61,563 nucleotides of DNA from Deltaproteobacteria bacterium. GTDB lineage: Bacteria; Desulfobacterota; GWC2-55-46; DRQE01. Positions 17,622 through 27,400 of this stretch are shown here, one piece after another. The stretch's first letter is position 1. Each line of letters opens with the position of its first letter. The stretch covers positions 1 to 61,563 of the forward strand of contig WGEY01000069.1 of the NCBI GenBank assembly GCA_015492495.1, given 5' to 3'. The notes beneath the pieces were generated by a model. That model had not been told where the DNA came from. It saw nothing but the letters and a program-made list of their open reading frames with translations, and did not search any database. Both the position numbers and the translations under genes were made by a program.

Positions 17622-18358
17622 CCTGCACCACCGTCCTTCCTGGCTATCTTAAGGAACACCTCCTCGAGGGTGGCCCCACTGAACTCCGCCATTATCTCCG
17701 CCGGCCCGCCCGAGGCAACGATCCTTCCCCTGTCGAGGAATATGATCCTGTCGCACATCTCCTCCATCTCCTGCATGTTGTGCGAGGTATAGAGGATGGA
17801 GAGCGCCCGTTCACGGTTGAACCGCTTGAGGAGCTTACGCGTCCTGTCGGCCATGTCCGGGTCGAGGCTCGCGGTGGGCTCGTCGAGAAACAGCACCTCC
17901 GGGTCGTTCAGGAGCGACTTTGCAAGGCTCACCCTCGTGATCTGGCCGGACGATAGCCTCCTGGTGGGCTCGTTCTTTATCTCTTCTATCCCGAAGACAT
18001 CGAGGAGCTCGGCTATCTTCTTCCTGCGGCCCCTGACCCCGTAGAGCCTCGAAAAGACGGTCAGGTTCTCCCTTACGGTAAGGGAGTAGGGCAGGGAGAC
18101 GTACGACGAGGAGAAGTTCACCCTCGATAGTATCTCCTCGCGGTTCCGCCTGAGGTCCATTCCCAGTATACGTATGTCACCGGCCGTAGGGGTCGTGAGG
18201 CCCAGGAGCATGTGCATCGTCGTGGTCTTTCCGGCGCCGTTGGGCCCGAGGATACCGAGTATCTCACCCTTCATGACCTCGAAGGAGATACCGTCAACGG
18301 CCTTGAAGCCGTTGAATACCTTTGTAAGTCCTCTTACCTCTACAACTCGTTCTGCCAT
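17618..18358 (-). CDS. ABC transporter ATP-binding protein
   Basis: GPNGAGKTT, LSSGQ, FLDEPT and SH motifs. Confidence 0.93.
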   Translation of the reverse strand: MAERVVEVRGLTKVFNGFKAVDGISFEVMKGEILGILGPNGAGKTTTMHMLLGLTTPTAGDIRILGMDLRRNREEILSRVNFSSSYVSLPYSLTVRENLTVFSRLYGVRGRRKKIAELLDVFGIEEIKNEPTRRLSSGQITRVSLAKSLLNDPEVLFLDEPTASLDPDMADRTRKLLKRFNRERALSILYTSHNMQEMEEMCDRIIFLDRGRIVASGGPAEIMAEFSGATLEEVFLKIARKDGGAG

Positions 18359-18541
18359 GGTTAGGATGGGCCGGAGCCAAGATTGTGGAATACTCATGAA
18401 GGGACATAGTATCTTATATCCCGTGCATTGTAAATTGCAACCTCTTCCGCCGGGGTCTGCAGGGCCAACCTAATCCTTGCCTAAGCGCCCTGTTTTTTGT
18501 ATCATCGAGAGGATGTACCCACGAAAGGCGGTTTCCGTGTA

Positions 18542-19192
18542 ATGCTCATAACGTTCGAAGGGATAGAGGGGTGCGGCAAGACGACCCAGCTCGCGATGCT
18601 CCTGGGCCACCTCCGCAAGAAGGGCATGGACGTCATGGCCGTAAGGGAGCCCGGCGGCACTGCGCTCGGCGAGAAGGTGCGGGCGATACTGCTGAACCGG
18701 CACGGTGGGGGTGAGAAGGAGGGGATCAGCCACTGGTCCGAGCTCTTCCTCTACGAGGCGTGCAGGGCACAGCTCGTCTCACGTGTGATAGCGCCCGCCC
18801 TCGAAGACGGCAGGATCGTTCTCTGCGACAGGTTCACTGACTCCACCGTGGCCTACCAGGGCTACGGCAGGGGCCTTCCACTCGACGCGGTGACATCGAT
18901 AAACGGCTGGGCCGCACAGGGGATAAGGCAGGACCTGACCTTCCTCATAGACTGCCCGGTGGAGGTCGGGCTCGGCAGGGCGTGGTCGAGGATAGGGTCC
19001 GGCGGTGCGGCGCCCGAGGAGCGTGAAGACCGCTTTGAGAGGGAAGAGATCGAGTTCCACGAGAGGGTCAGGCGCGGGTACCTCGAGATGGCCGCAAAGG
19101 AGCCGGAGAGGATAAGGCTCATCGACGGAAGCAGGGAAATCCCTGACATACACAGGGAAATATGTGATATCATAGACGGTATGATGGGTTGA
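18542..19192 (+). CDS. tmk: Thymidylate kinase
   Basis: ITFEGIEGCGKTTQ, REPGG and DRF.DST.AYQG motifs. Confidence 0.96.
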   Translation: MLITFEGIEGCGKTTQLAMLLGHLRKKGMDVMAVREPGGTALGEKVRAILLNRHGGGEKEGISHWSELFLYEACRAQLVSRVIAPALEDGRIVLCDRFTDSTVAYQGYGRGLPLDAVTSINGWAAQGIRQDLTFLIDCPVEVGLGRAWSRIGSGGAAPEEREDRFEREEIEFHERVRRGYLEMAAKEPERIRLIDGSREIPDIHREICDIIDGMMG

Positions 19193-19249
19193 TCCCCGTC
19201 TCCACAGCCACGGTCGTACGTACAGGCCGGCATCGGGGCACTTTTAGAT

Positions 19250-20242
19250 ATGCGTTTTCAGGATATCCTCGGGCACGGAAAGGAGATCGGGCTGCTCAAG
19301 AGGGCCGTCCGGGACAAAAGGGCGGCGCACGCCTACCTCTTTGCCGGACCGGACGGGGTGGGCAAGTCCCTTGTTGCAGAGGCATTCGCCGCGGCGCTCA
19401 ACTGCGAGGACTTTGAAGAGGACGCCTGCGGAAGGTGTCCGTCCTGCAGGGCCATGGAGGCCGCGGCGCATCCGAACCTGCTCCGTGTGGGGCCTGAAAA
19501 GGGCGTGCTCAGGATAGACAGCGTGAGGGAGCTTCAGAGGGCTCTCAACTACAAGGTCGAAAGCGGATTCAGGGTCGCGGTGGTCGACGGGGCCGATCTC
19601 ATGGTGAGGGCCGCCTCGAGCGTCTTTCTCAAGACCCTCGAGGAGCCGCCTTCCGGCTCCATCATAGTGCTGCTTTCGTCAAGGCCCGACAACCTGCTTC
19701 CGACCATACTCTCCAGGTGCCAGAGGATAAACTTCGGGCCGCTCGGCGAGGATGTCGTCGCAGGGGTGATCGAAGAGAGATGCGGGCTCGGGGAAGAAGA
19801 GGCCAGGACCGTCGCCAGGTTGAGCGGCGGGAGCCTATCGAGGGCGCTCAAGGCCGTGGACAAGGGGATACTCGAAAAGAGGGATGACCTCTTAAAGAGG
19901 CTCCGCGCCGCAGGCAGGGGTGATGCAGCCGGGCTCCTGGACCTTGCGGAGGCGCTTTCCAAGGACGAGGACCTCGACGAGATGCTGGAGATCCTCAAGG
20001 TCTGGTACAGGGACCTCGTCGTGCGTGTTGCGGGCTGCCCGGAGCTGGTCATAGACCGTGACACAGAGGACATCACCGAGTGCCTGGGAGGGTGCTCTAT
20101 CGACCGGTCGATAGACCTTTTCGGTCTCGTCGAGGAGACACGGCGGAACGTCTTGCCGCCGCGTAACGCAAACAAGAGGCTCGCCCTGGAGGCGCTTCTT
20201 GCGGGCCTTTCGGGCGGCAGGCCCAGCCGTGTTTCGCCGTGA
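19250..20242 (+). CDS. holB: DNA polymerase III delta' subunit
   Basis: HAYLF.GP.GVGK, Zn Cys cluster, LKTLEEPP, LPTILSRC; follows tmk. Confidence 0.93.
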   Translation: MRFQDILGHGKEIGLLKRAVRDKRAAHAYLFAGPDGVGKSLVAEAFAAALNCEDFEEDACGRCPSCRAMEAAAHPNLLRVGPEKGVLRIDSVRELQRALNYKVESGFRVAVVDGADLMVRAASSVFLKTLEEPPSGSIIVLLSSRPDNLLPTILSRCQRINFGPLGEDVVAGVIEERCGLGEEEARTVARLSGGSLSRALKAVDKGILEKRDDLLKRLRAAGRGDAAGLLDLAEALSKDEDLDEMLEILKVWYRDLVVRVAGCPELVIDRDTEDITECLGGCSIDRSIDLFGLVEETRRNVLPPRNANKRLALEALLAGLSGGRPSRVSP

Positions 20243-20283
20243 TACACATGCAAGCAAGGAACAGAACGGAGGTTCAGGGATAG

Positions 20284-21012
20284 ATGGCAAGGGTTGTAGG
20301 CATAAGGTTCAAGACAGCCGGAAAGATATACCACTTCGATGCGGGCGACCTCGACCTCAAGAGGGGAGACGTGGTGATAGTCGAGGTCGACAAGGGGATA
20401 GGCATGGGCAGGGTGGTCTTTGCGCCTGTAGAGATGGATGAGCGGAGGCTCGAGCGCGCGTTGAAGAAGATCGTGCGCAAGGCCGACGATGTGGACCTGG
20501 AAAGGAACCGTTTCAACAGGGACCGCGAAGAGGAGGCCTTCAGGATATGCAAGGAGAAGATAGCCAAGTACAAGCTGCCGATGAAGCTCGTGGACGTGGA
20601 GTATCTCTTCGACTCGAGCAAGGCGATATTCTACTTCACGTCCGAGACACGCGTCGACTTCAGGGACCTGGTCAAGGATCTTGCATCGTGCTTTTATACG
20701 CGCATAGAGATGCGGCAGATCGGCGTGAGGGACGAGGCCAAGCACGTGGGAGGGCTCGGCCCCTGCGGAAGGGAGCTCTGTTGCGCGTCATTCCTCAAGG
20801 ACTTCGAACCCGTTACGGTCAAGATGGCAAAGGAGCAGAACCTGACGCTTAATCCCCTCAAGATATCCGGGCTGTGCGGAAGGCTCATGTGTTGCCTCGG
20901 TTACGAGCTCAACTCCTCTTCATGCAACAAGAACAGGAAAGGCAGGGGCAGGGGATGCGACAGCGGGGGATGTGCGGAGCCCGACCGCGCGGAGGACAGG
21001 CCCGGGACATGA
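20284..21012 (+). CDS. PSP1/YaaT (RicT) family protein
   Basis: RVDFR.LVK.LA, RQIGVRDEAK..GG.G.CGR.LCC and SG.CGRLMCCL.YE motifs. Confidence 0.92.
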   Translation: MARVVGIRFKTAGKIYHFDAGDLDLKRGDVVIVEVDKGIGMGRVVFAPVEMDERRLERALKKIVRKADDVDLERNRFNRDREEEAFRICKEKIAKYKLPMKLVDVEYLFDSSKAIFYFTSETRVDFRDLVKDLASCFYTRIEMRQIGVRDEAKHVGGLGPCGRELCCASFLKDFEPVTVKMAKEQNLTLNPLKISGLCGRLMCCLGYELNSSSCNKNRKGRGRGCDSGGCAEPDRAEDRPGT

Positions 21013-22553
21013 ACAAAGCCGTGGATACCTTTTACGTCACCACACCCATATACTACGTCAACGACATCCCGCACATAGGGCACGCTTACACGACCGTGAG
21101 CGCGGACTGCCTCGCCAGGTACAAGAGGCTCAAGGGCTACAGGGTCCTCTTTCTTACGGGCACGGACGAGCACGGGCAGAAGGTCGAAAAGGCGGCGACC
21201 GCCGCCGGATTGACCCCGAAGGAGCTGGCGGACCGTGTGGTCGTGAGGTTCAAGGACCTGTGGAAGGTGCTCGACATCTCAAACGACGACTTCATACGCA
21301 CGACCGAGGAGAGGCACCGCCGCGCCGCAACCCGCATCTGGCAGGAGGTGGCCCGCAGGGGCGACATATACCTTGGAGAATACGAGGACTGGTACTGTAC
21401 GCCTTGCGAGAACTTTCTCACCTCGAACCAGCTCGCAGACGGCAGGTGCCCGGACTGCGGCAGACCGGTGGACAGGCTCAAGGAGAAGAGCTACTTCTTC
21501 AGGTTGTCGAGGTACGGCGAGAGGATACTGAAGTACATCGAGGAGAACCCCGGATTCATCGGTCCGCCGGAGAGAAGGAACGAGATGGTAAGCTTCATAA
21601 AGGAGGGGCTCAGGGACTTGAGCGTCAGCAGGACGACCTTTTCATGGGGCATACCAGTGCCCGGAGACCCTTCGCACGTCATGTACGTCTGGTTCGACGC
21701 CCTGACCAATTACCTCACTGCAACCGGCTACCCGGACGAAAGGTACAGGGAGTTCTGGCCGGCGGACGTGCATATAATAGGCAAGGACATCCTGAGGTTC
21801 CACACGGTCTACTGGCCGGCCTTCCTGATGAGCGCGGGAATAGCCCCGCCCAAGAAGGTCTTTGCCCACGGCTGGTGGACGGTAGACGGCAGGAAGATGA
21901 GCAAGTCGCTCGGAAACGTCGTCGACCCGTTCGCTGTGGCAGGAGATTACGGTACGGACCAGTTCAGGTACTTTCTCCTGCGTGAGGTGCCCTTCGGCCT
22001 TGACGGCGACTTTTCCACAGCCACCCTGAAGGGCAGGATAAACGGTGAACTCGCAAACGACCTCGGCAACCTCCTCAGCCGGACCGTGTCGATGATAGCG
22101 AGGTACCTGAACGGTGAGGTGCCGGCGAGGGTAGCATCCCGGGACAGGGCGGAGCTTGAAGGACGGTTGCAGTCCATGTTCCGGGAGCTGCTGGACAGGG
22201 TCGACTCTTCAATGGAAGAGCTCGCCTTCCACCATGCGCTCGAAGCGATATGGTCCGTTATAAGGGAGATGAACGGCTACGTGGAGAGGGCGGCGCCTTG
22301 GCAGGTGGCCAAGGCCGGGGACCGTGAAGGGCTTTCAAACGTGCTCTTCACCCTCTGGGAGGGGCTGAGGATACTGTCCGTTTACCTCTTTCCGTTCATG
22401 CCCGGATCGGCGCAGAGGATATGGGACCAGCTCGGGGTGGATGAAAGGATCGGGGACCGCTCAATCGATGATCTGGCGCGCTGGGGAAGCGAGGTCCCGG
22501 CCCTCCGGGTCGAGAAGGGACCACCGCTCTTTCCCAGGGTCGAAGAAGCATAG
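21009..22553 (+). CDS. metG: Methionyl-tRNA synthetase (short form, no C-terminal tRNA-binding domain)
   Basis: TTPIYYVN..PHIGH, GTDEHG, YVWFDAL and KMSKS motifs. Confidence 0.97.
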   Translation: MNKAVDTFYVTTPIYYVNDIPHIGHAYTTVSADCLARYKRLKGYRVLFLTGTDEHGQKVEKAATAAGLTPKELADRVVVRFKDLWKVLDISNDDFIRTTEERHRRAATRIWQEVARRGDIYLGEYEDWYCTPCENFLTSNQLADGRCPDCGRPVDRLKEKSYFFRLSRYGERILKYIEENPGFIGPPERRNEMVSFIKEGLRDLSVSRTTFSWGIPVPGDPSHVMYVWFDALTNYLTATGYPDERYREFWPADVHIIGKDILRFHTVYWPAFLMSAGIAPPKKVFAHGWWTVDGRKMSKSLGNVVDPFAVAGDYGTDQFRYFLLREVPFGLDGDFSTATLKGRINGELANDLGNLLSRTVSMIARYLNGEVPARVASRDRAELEGRLQSMFRELLDRVDSSMEELAFHHALEAIWSVIREMNGYVERAAPWQVAKAGDREGLSNVLFTLWEGLRILSVYLFPFMPGSAQRIWDQLGVDERIGDRSIDDLARWGSEVPALRVEKGPPLFPRVEEA

Positions 22554-22581
22554 CGTGCGGCCGCCTGCAGGCGGCCGCACG
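22554..22581. other. 28-bp perfect palindrome directly after the metG stop
   Basis: CGTGCGGCCGCCTGCAGGCGGCCGCACG; no U-tract, so possibly an mRNA-stabilising hairpin. Confidence 0.45.
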
Positions 22582-22747
22582 GGACTTCGTACCGACCGCC
22601 CGACGATGCAGCAACCCCAAGGCCGCCGCATGCGGGCGCGGCTCCCGATGGTATCCGGAACATATTTGCTGGAAAATGCATAGCGAGCGCTGAGCTTGCT
22701 GCAGGGAGCCTTCAATCCAAGCGGCCTCGAGGCCGCTTCAGTACAGC

Positions 22748-24157
22748 ATGGAGATGATCGACAGGATGGAAAGACTCATTGACTCGCATGCACACCTCGA
22801 TGACCCGCGGTTCGACACAGACCGCCGGGAGGTCATAGCAAGGGCCAAGGAGGCCGGGGTCAAGGCCATAATAACGGTCGGCTGCTGGGACGGAGAGAGG
22901 GGCTTCGACGGTACACTCTCCGTTGCGGCCTCGGATGAGTGTGTCTTCGCCGCGGCAGGTGTTCACCCCCATGACGCAAAGGATGTCTCCGGGACGGAGC
23001 CCTTTGATCTCTTGCGGCGCCTGGCTGCCGAGGGGAGGCTCGTGGCAATAGGAGAGACGGGGCTCGACTACCATTACACCCACTCGCCCAGGGATGTGCA
23101 GAGGGATGTGTTCATACGGCACATAAGGCTTGCCAGGGAGGTCGGCCTGCCGCTCATCGTGCATTCGCGCGAGGCGGATCAAGAGACCATCGAGATCCTC
23201 AGGGGCGAGGGCGCGGAGGAGGCCGGAGGGGTCATACACTGCTTCTCCGGCGGTGAGAAGATGGCGCGCGAGGCCCTCGAGATGGGCCTTTACCTCTCGT
23301 TCACAGGGGTCGTGACCTTCCCGAAGGCCGAAGGCGTGCGCGCGGTCCTTAAAGGGGTGCCCACGGAGAGGATACTCGTCGAGACCGACTGCCCCTACCT
23401 TGCGCCTGTGCCGCACAGGGGCAGACGCTGCGAGCCTGCCCATGTCGTCGAGACCGCCCGGAGGATAGCCGAGCTAAAGGGGCTCAGCCTCGATGACATA
23501 GCGAGGATAACGACGCTCAATGCAGAGACCATCTTCGGCCTCGCCGAAGATACGGAGCCAAGGGCCAGGATAGCGTACGTCATAAGGAACTCGCTCTACC
23601 TCAACATAACCAACAGGTGCACGAACTACTGCGCCTTCTGCGCGAAGTTCAGGGACTATACGGTCAAGGGGCACTACCTGAAGCTCGAGAGGGAGCCGGA
23701 CTTCGCCGAGGTCCTCAAGGCCGTCGGCCCGGAGCCCGAAAGGTACGACGAGGTCGTCTTCTGCGGCTTCGGCGAGCCGCTCATAAGGCTCGACCTCGTC
23801 AAGAAGGTGGGCATGCACCTGAAGAGGAGGGGCTGCAGGATAAGGATCGACACCGACGGGCTCGCGAACCTGGTGCACGGAAGAAACGTGCTGCCGGAGC
23901 TGATGTTCGTCGACTGCATATCGGTGAGCCTCAACGCCCCGGACTCCGAGACCTACCAGAAGCTCTGCAAGACACCCTTCGGCGACAGGGCGTATCCGGC
24001 GATCCTCTGGTTTCTGAGGGAGGCGAAGAAGTACATACCGAAGGTCGTGGCCTCTGTGGTGGCCGTGCCTGGCCTTGACGTGGAGGCCGCAAGGAAGGTC
24101 GCGGAAGAAGAGATCGGGGTGGCCTTCAGGGTCAGGGAGTACAACGAGGTTGGTTAA
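22748..24157 (+). CDS. TatD DNase fused to TatD-associated radical SAM domain
   Basis: IDSHAH, GETGLDY, H.R, HCF and ETD.P motifs, then YLNITNRCTNYCAFC and FCGFGEP. Confidence 0.92.
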   Translation: MEMIDRMERLIDSHAHLDDPRFDTDRREVIARAKEAGVKAIITVGCWDGERGFDGTLSVAASDECVFAAAGVHPHDAKDVSGTEPFDLLRRLAAEGRLVAIGETGLDYHYTHSPRDVQRDVFIRHIRLAREVGLPLIVHSREADQETIEILRGEGAEEAGGVIHCFSGGEKMAREALEMGLYLSFTGVVTFPKAEGVRAVLKGVPTERILVETDCPYLAPVPHRGRRCEPAHVVETARRIAELKGLSLDDIARITTLNAETIFGLAEDTEPRARIAYVIRNSLYLNITNRCTNYCAFCAKFRDYTVKGHYLKLEREPDFAEVLKAVGPEPERYDEVVFCGFGEPLIRLDLVKKVGMHLKRRGCRIRIDTDGLANLVHGRNVLPELMFVDCISVSLNAPDSETYQKLCKTPFGDRAYPAILWFLREAKKYIPKVVASVVAVPGLDVEAARKVAEEEIGVAFRVREYNEVG

Positions 24158-24386
24158 CTGGAAACGGATGTCGATGACAGAAGGTCCCTGTTGCGCCCGC
24201 TTACTTTACTTTATCCCGAGGCGCCCCTGTTCTTCAAATCGGCCGGATCACGCACGATCCGGGATGAATAAGGGACGCAATCTCAAGACGCACTAAACCG
24301 GCAAGCAAGAAGAGCCGGTCCGGCGGGGCCCTTGGCTTTACCGCACGGAATGCCGCTTTTATCTCGATGACCCTGGGAGCTGAATT

Positions 24387-24563
24387 ATGGAAGTCAGATT
24401 CTGCAGCTTTGATTGCAGGTACGCAAAGGCCGAGAAGGCGACGAGTGCGGCCGAAAGCTGCATGACCTTCAACGCCGTCTACTGCAGGAAGCTCAAGAGG
24501 CGCATCTCAAAGGGGATGCCGTGCCCGGCCGCGAAGGGAACGAAACGGGCCCCGAAAAAGTGA
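24387..24563 (+). CDS. Small Cys-rich hypothetical protein (58 aa)
   Basis: GGGAG RBS; MEVRFCSFDCRYAKAEKATSAAESCMTFNAVYCRKLKRRISKGMPCPAAKGTKRAPKK*; host-like codon usage; absent from the ORF track. Confidence 0.65.
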   Translation: MEVRFCSFDCRYAKAEKATSAAESCMTFNAVYCRKLKRRISKGMPCPAAKGTKRAPKK

Positions 24564-24628
24564 CGGCAGGTTGACCGAACCGGCGGTCCGTCTGGGGCGC
24601 AAGGTCCCCGGTACCTGCACCAGCCTCT

Positions 24629-24657
24629 TTGACTCTACCCCCTCTAAATGCTATCCT
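24629..24657 (+). promoter_or_regulatory. Candidate era promoter
   Basis: TTGACT-17 nt-TATCCT with extended TGn. Confidence 0.5.
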
Positions 24658-24754
24658 TGAAGATGCACAGGCTGCAGCGGGACCGCAGGGCCCGCTGCGT
24701 GCGGCTCGCAGACAGCGGAGAGATGACACGGCGGCTTGCCGCGGAGCTTAGATT

Positions 24755-25642
24755 ATGCCCTTCAAATCGGGATTCATAGCGATCATAGGCAGGCCGAATG
24801 TGGGCAAGAGCACGCTCTTGAACGCCCTCCTCGGCGAGAAGATATCAATCGTATCCAAAAAGCCCCAGACCACGAGGAACATCGTCCGCGGGGTCAAGAA
24901 CCTCGAAGGCGCCCAGATAGTATTCGTGGACACCCCGGGGCTTCACAGGCCCAAGGGCCTTCTCAACGAGTTCATGGTAAAGGAGGCGCTCAGGGCGCTC
25001 TCCGATGTCGACGGTGTCGTCTACCTCGTGGATGCTACAAGGGAGATGGACGAGGTGGAAAGCTTCGTCATGGAACACCTCGAGGGCCTCAGGTGTCCGG
25101 TCGTCCTAGTCGTGAACAAGGTGGACCTCGTTGAAAAGGGCAGAATCCTGCCGCTCATGGAGCGGTACTCGAAGGCCTTCCCCTTCAGGGAGATCGTGCC
25201 AGTATCGGCGCTCACAGGCGACGGGCTCGAAGATCTGGTCGGGGTGCTGGTGGAGCTCCTGCCGGAGGGGCCGAAGTACTTCCCCGATGATATAATAACC
25301 GACCAGCCCGAAAGGTTCATCGTCTCGGAGATCATAAGGGAGAAGGTCTTCATGCTCACGAGGGAAGAGATCCCCTACTCGGTGGCGGTGGTTGTAGAGG
25401 AGTTCAAGGAGAGGGCCGAAAGGAACCTCGTCTCCATAAAGGCCGCCATAAACGTCGAGAGGGATTCGCAGAAGGGGATCATAATAGGCAGAAAGGGCGA
25501 GATGCTCAAGAGGATCGGCACCTATGCGCGCAGGGACATAGAGAGCCTTCTGGGCGTCAGGGTCTACCTGGAGCTCTTCGTGAGGGTCAAGAAGGGATGG
25601 ACAAAGGACAAGCGGGCGCTCAAAGACTTCGGCTACCATTGA
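24755..25642 (+). CDS. era: GTPase Era
   Basis: GRPNVGKSTL, KPQTTR, DTPG, NKVD and KH domain IIG.KG. Confidence 0.97.
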   Translation: MPFKSGFIAIIGRPNVGKSTLLNALLGEKISIVSKKPQTTRNIVRGVKNLEGAQIVFVDTPGLHRPKGLLNEFMVKEALRALSDVDGVVYLVDATREMDEVESFVMEHLEGLRCPVVLVVNKVDLVEKGRILPLMERYSKAFPFREIVPVSALTGDGLEDLVGVLVELLPEGPKYFPDDIITDQPERFIVSEIIREKVFMLTREEIPYSVAVVVEEFKERAERNLVSIKAAINVERDSQKGIIIGRKGEMLKRIGTYARRDIESLLGVRVYLELFVRVKKGWTKDKRALKDFGYH

Positions 25643-25768
25643 TGTCCTTGAGTGAAGGCGCGATACGAACGAATGCAAACCGGGCTCCCTGCGCTCGCGG
25701 CTTCTCACCCTCCTGCGCCGGGACTTCGATCTTCATTGTCACACTTCCATGCACGGAGGCTTGAAGCC

Positions 25769-27079
25769 ATGAAACCCGTGGTCGCCATAGTAGGTCGCCC
25801 CAACGTGGGCAAGTCCTCTCTCTTCAACCGTCTCATAGGGAGGCGCAAGGCCATAACCAAGGCCGAGCCCGGGGTTACGAGGGACGTGAACTATGCTGAC
25901 TGCGAAGAGAAGGGGCGTATCTTCACCCTCGTCGACACTGGAGGGTTCGAGCCGGCTGCAAAGGAGGGGATACTCAGGCAGATAAAGGAGCAGGCCATCC
26001 TTGCCATGGAGGAGGCCGATGTCATCATACTTCTCATGGACGCAAGGACAGGGCCTACCCCCTCGGACAGGGAGCTTGTCGAGATGCTGAGGAAGACCGA
26101 AAAGAAGGTCATCTATGCCGCGAACAAGGTCGATGCGCGATCACTCATGGACCTTACGGCCGAGTTCTATTCGCTCGGGATCGACAGCATCCTTCCTGTC
26201 TCTGCCGAGCACGGGCTGGGTACGGCCGAGCTCGTGGACGCCGTCCTCGATTCACTCCCCGAGTACGAGCCGGTCGCCGAGGCGGACGAGTGGGTCAAGG
26301 TCGCGATAGTGGGCCGCCCGAACGCCGGAAAGTCCTCCCTACTGAACAGGCTCCTCGGCAGGGAGAGGGCGATCGTGAGCGAGGTCCCAGGCACAACGAG
26401 GGACTCGATCGACACACCGCTCGAGAGGGACGGGAGAAAGTACCTCTTCATCGACACCGCCGGCATAAGGAAAAAGCAGAGGATAAGCAGGCGGCTTGAG
26501 ACCTACTGCGTGGTGGCGGCCATAAAGAGCATCGAGAGGTGCGACCTCTCGCTCCTCGTCATCGACGGAAATGAAGGGGTCAGGACGCAGGACGAGAAGA
26601 TAGGAGGGCTAATTGAGGACAGGGGCAAGGCCTGCATCATCGTCGTCAACAAGTGGGACCTTGTGGAGAAGGACACAGACACGATGCGCATATACACGGA
26701 GGCGATCCGATCAAAGATGCCTTTCCTGAGCTTCGCGCCCTTGGTCTTTGTATCCGCCTTGACCGGCAGGCGCGTCGAGGGCATATTCGACACCATTGAC
26801 CGCGTGATGGAAGAAGGTAGCCGCAGGATACCGACCTCGAAGCTCAATCAGCTCCTCGCACAGTTCACAAAGGCGCACCGTCCTCCGGCGTACAGGGGGA
26901 GGGAGATAAGGTTCTACTATACCACGCAGGTCGGCACCGCCCCGCAGAGGCTGGCGGTCTTTACGAACTACCCGGCCGGTGTGCCGGACTCGTACAGAAG
27001 GTACCTCGTAAACCGCTTCAGGGAGTCCCTCGGGCTCATGGATGTGCCGCTCAGGATATCCTTCAGGTCCAGACGGTGA
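25769..27079 (+). CDS. der: Ribosome biogenesis GTPase Der (EngA)
   Basis: Two tandem G domains (GRPNVGKS/DTGG and GRPNAGKS/DTAG/NKWD). Confidence 0.97.
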   Translation: MKPVVAIVGRPNVGKSSLFNRLIGRRKAITKAEPGVTRDVNYADCEEKGRIFTLVDTGGFEPAAKEGILRQIKEQAILAMEEADVIILLMDARTGPTPSDRELVEMLRKTEKKVIYAANKVDARSLMDLTAEFYSLGIDSILPVSAEHGLGTAELVDAVLDSLPEYEPVAEADEWVKVAIVGRPNAGKSSLLNRLLGRERAIVSEVPGTTRDSIDTPLERDGRKYLFIDTAGIRKKQRISRRLETYCVVAAIKSIERCDLSLLVIDGNEGVRTQDEKIGGLIEDRGKACIIVVNKWDLVEKDTDTMRIYTEAIRSKMPFLSFAPLVFVSALTGRRVEGIFDTIDRVMEEGSRRIPTSKLNQLLAQFTKAHRPPAYRGREIRFYYTTQVGTAPQRLAVFTNYPAGVPDSYRRYLVNRFRESLGLMDVPLRISFRSRR

Positions 27080-27400
27080 GAACTTTTGCGATGTGTCGCG
27101 AAGGGGCATAGCCAACACATCAGCGCGGACAGCGCAGCCGGCATGGAGAATGCAGCGTGGCCCGCATGGCCCGGAAGGCGTGAAAAAACAAGATTTTTGT
27201 TGTAAAATGTTTAATTATATGAGAAAATTTTAAATCTTGGACATTTGAGGCTTACGCGGCTTGCCGCGGTGAATCTTCAGATGCAAAGAAGAAGTCTTTT
27301 TGTATATTCGCCTGCTTGCCCAGCAGCATGCCGCTGGGGGATACGCAGACGATGCACCTTAGAGAACAATTAAGAAGGAGGAAGAGCAGGAAAAACGGTC

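Noticed and set aside
24240-24335. Fragments resembling a c-di-GMP-I riboswitch (GGGACGCAA...CTAA)
   Set aside because: No GGCAAAC/GNRA P2 hairpin or closing P1 could be built; would need an Infernal hit.
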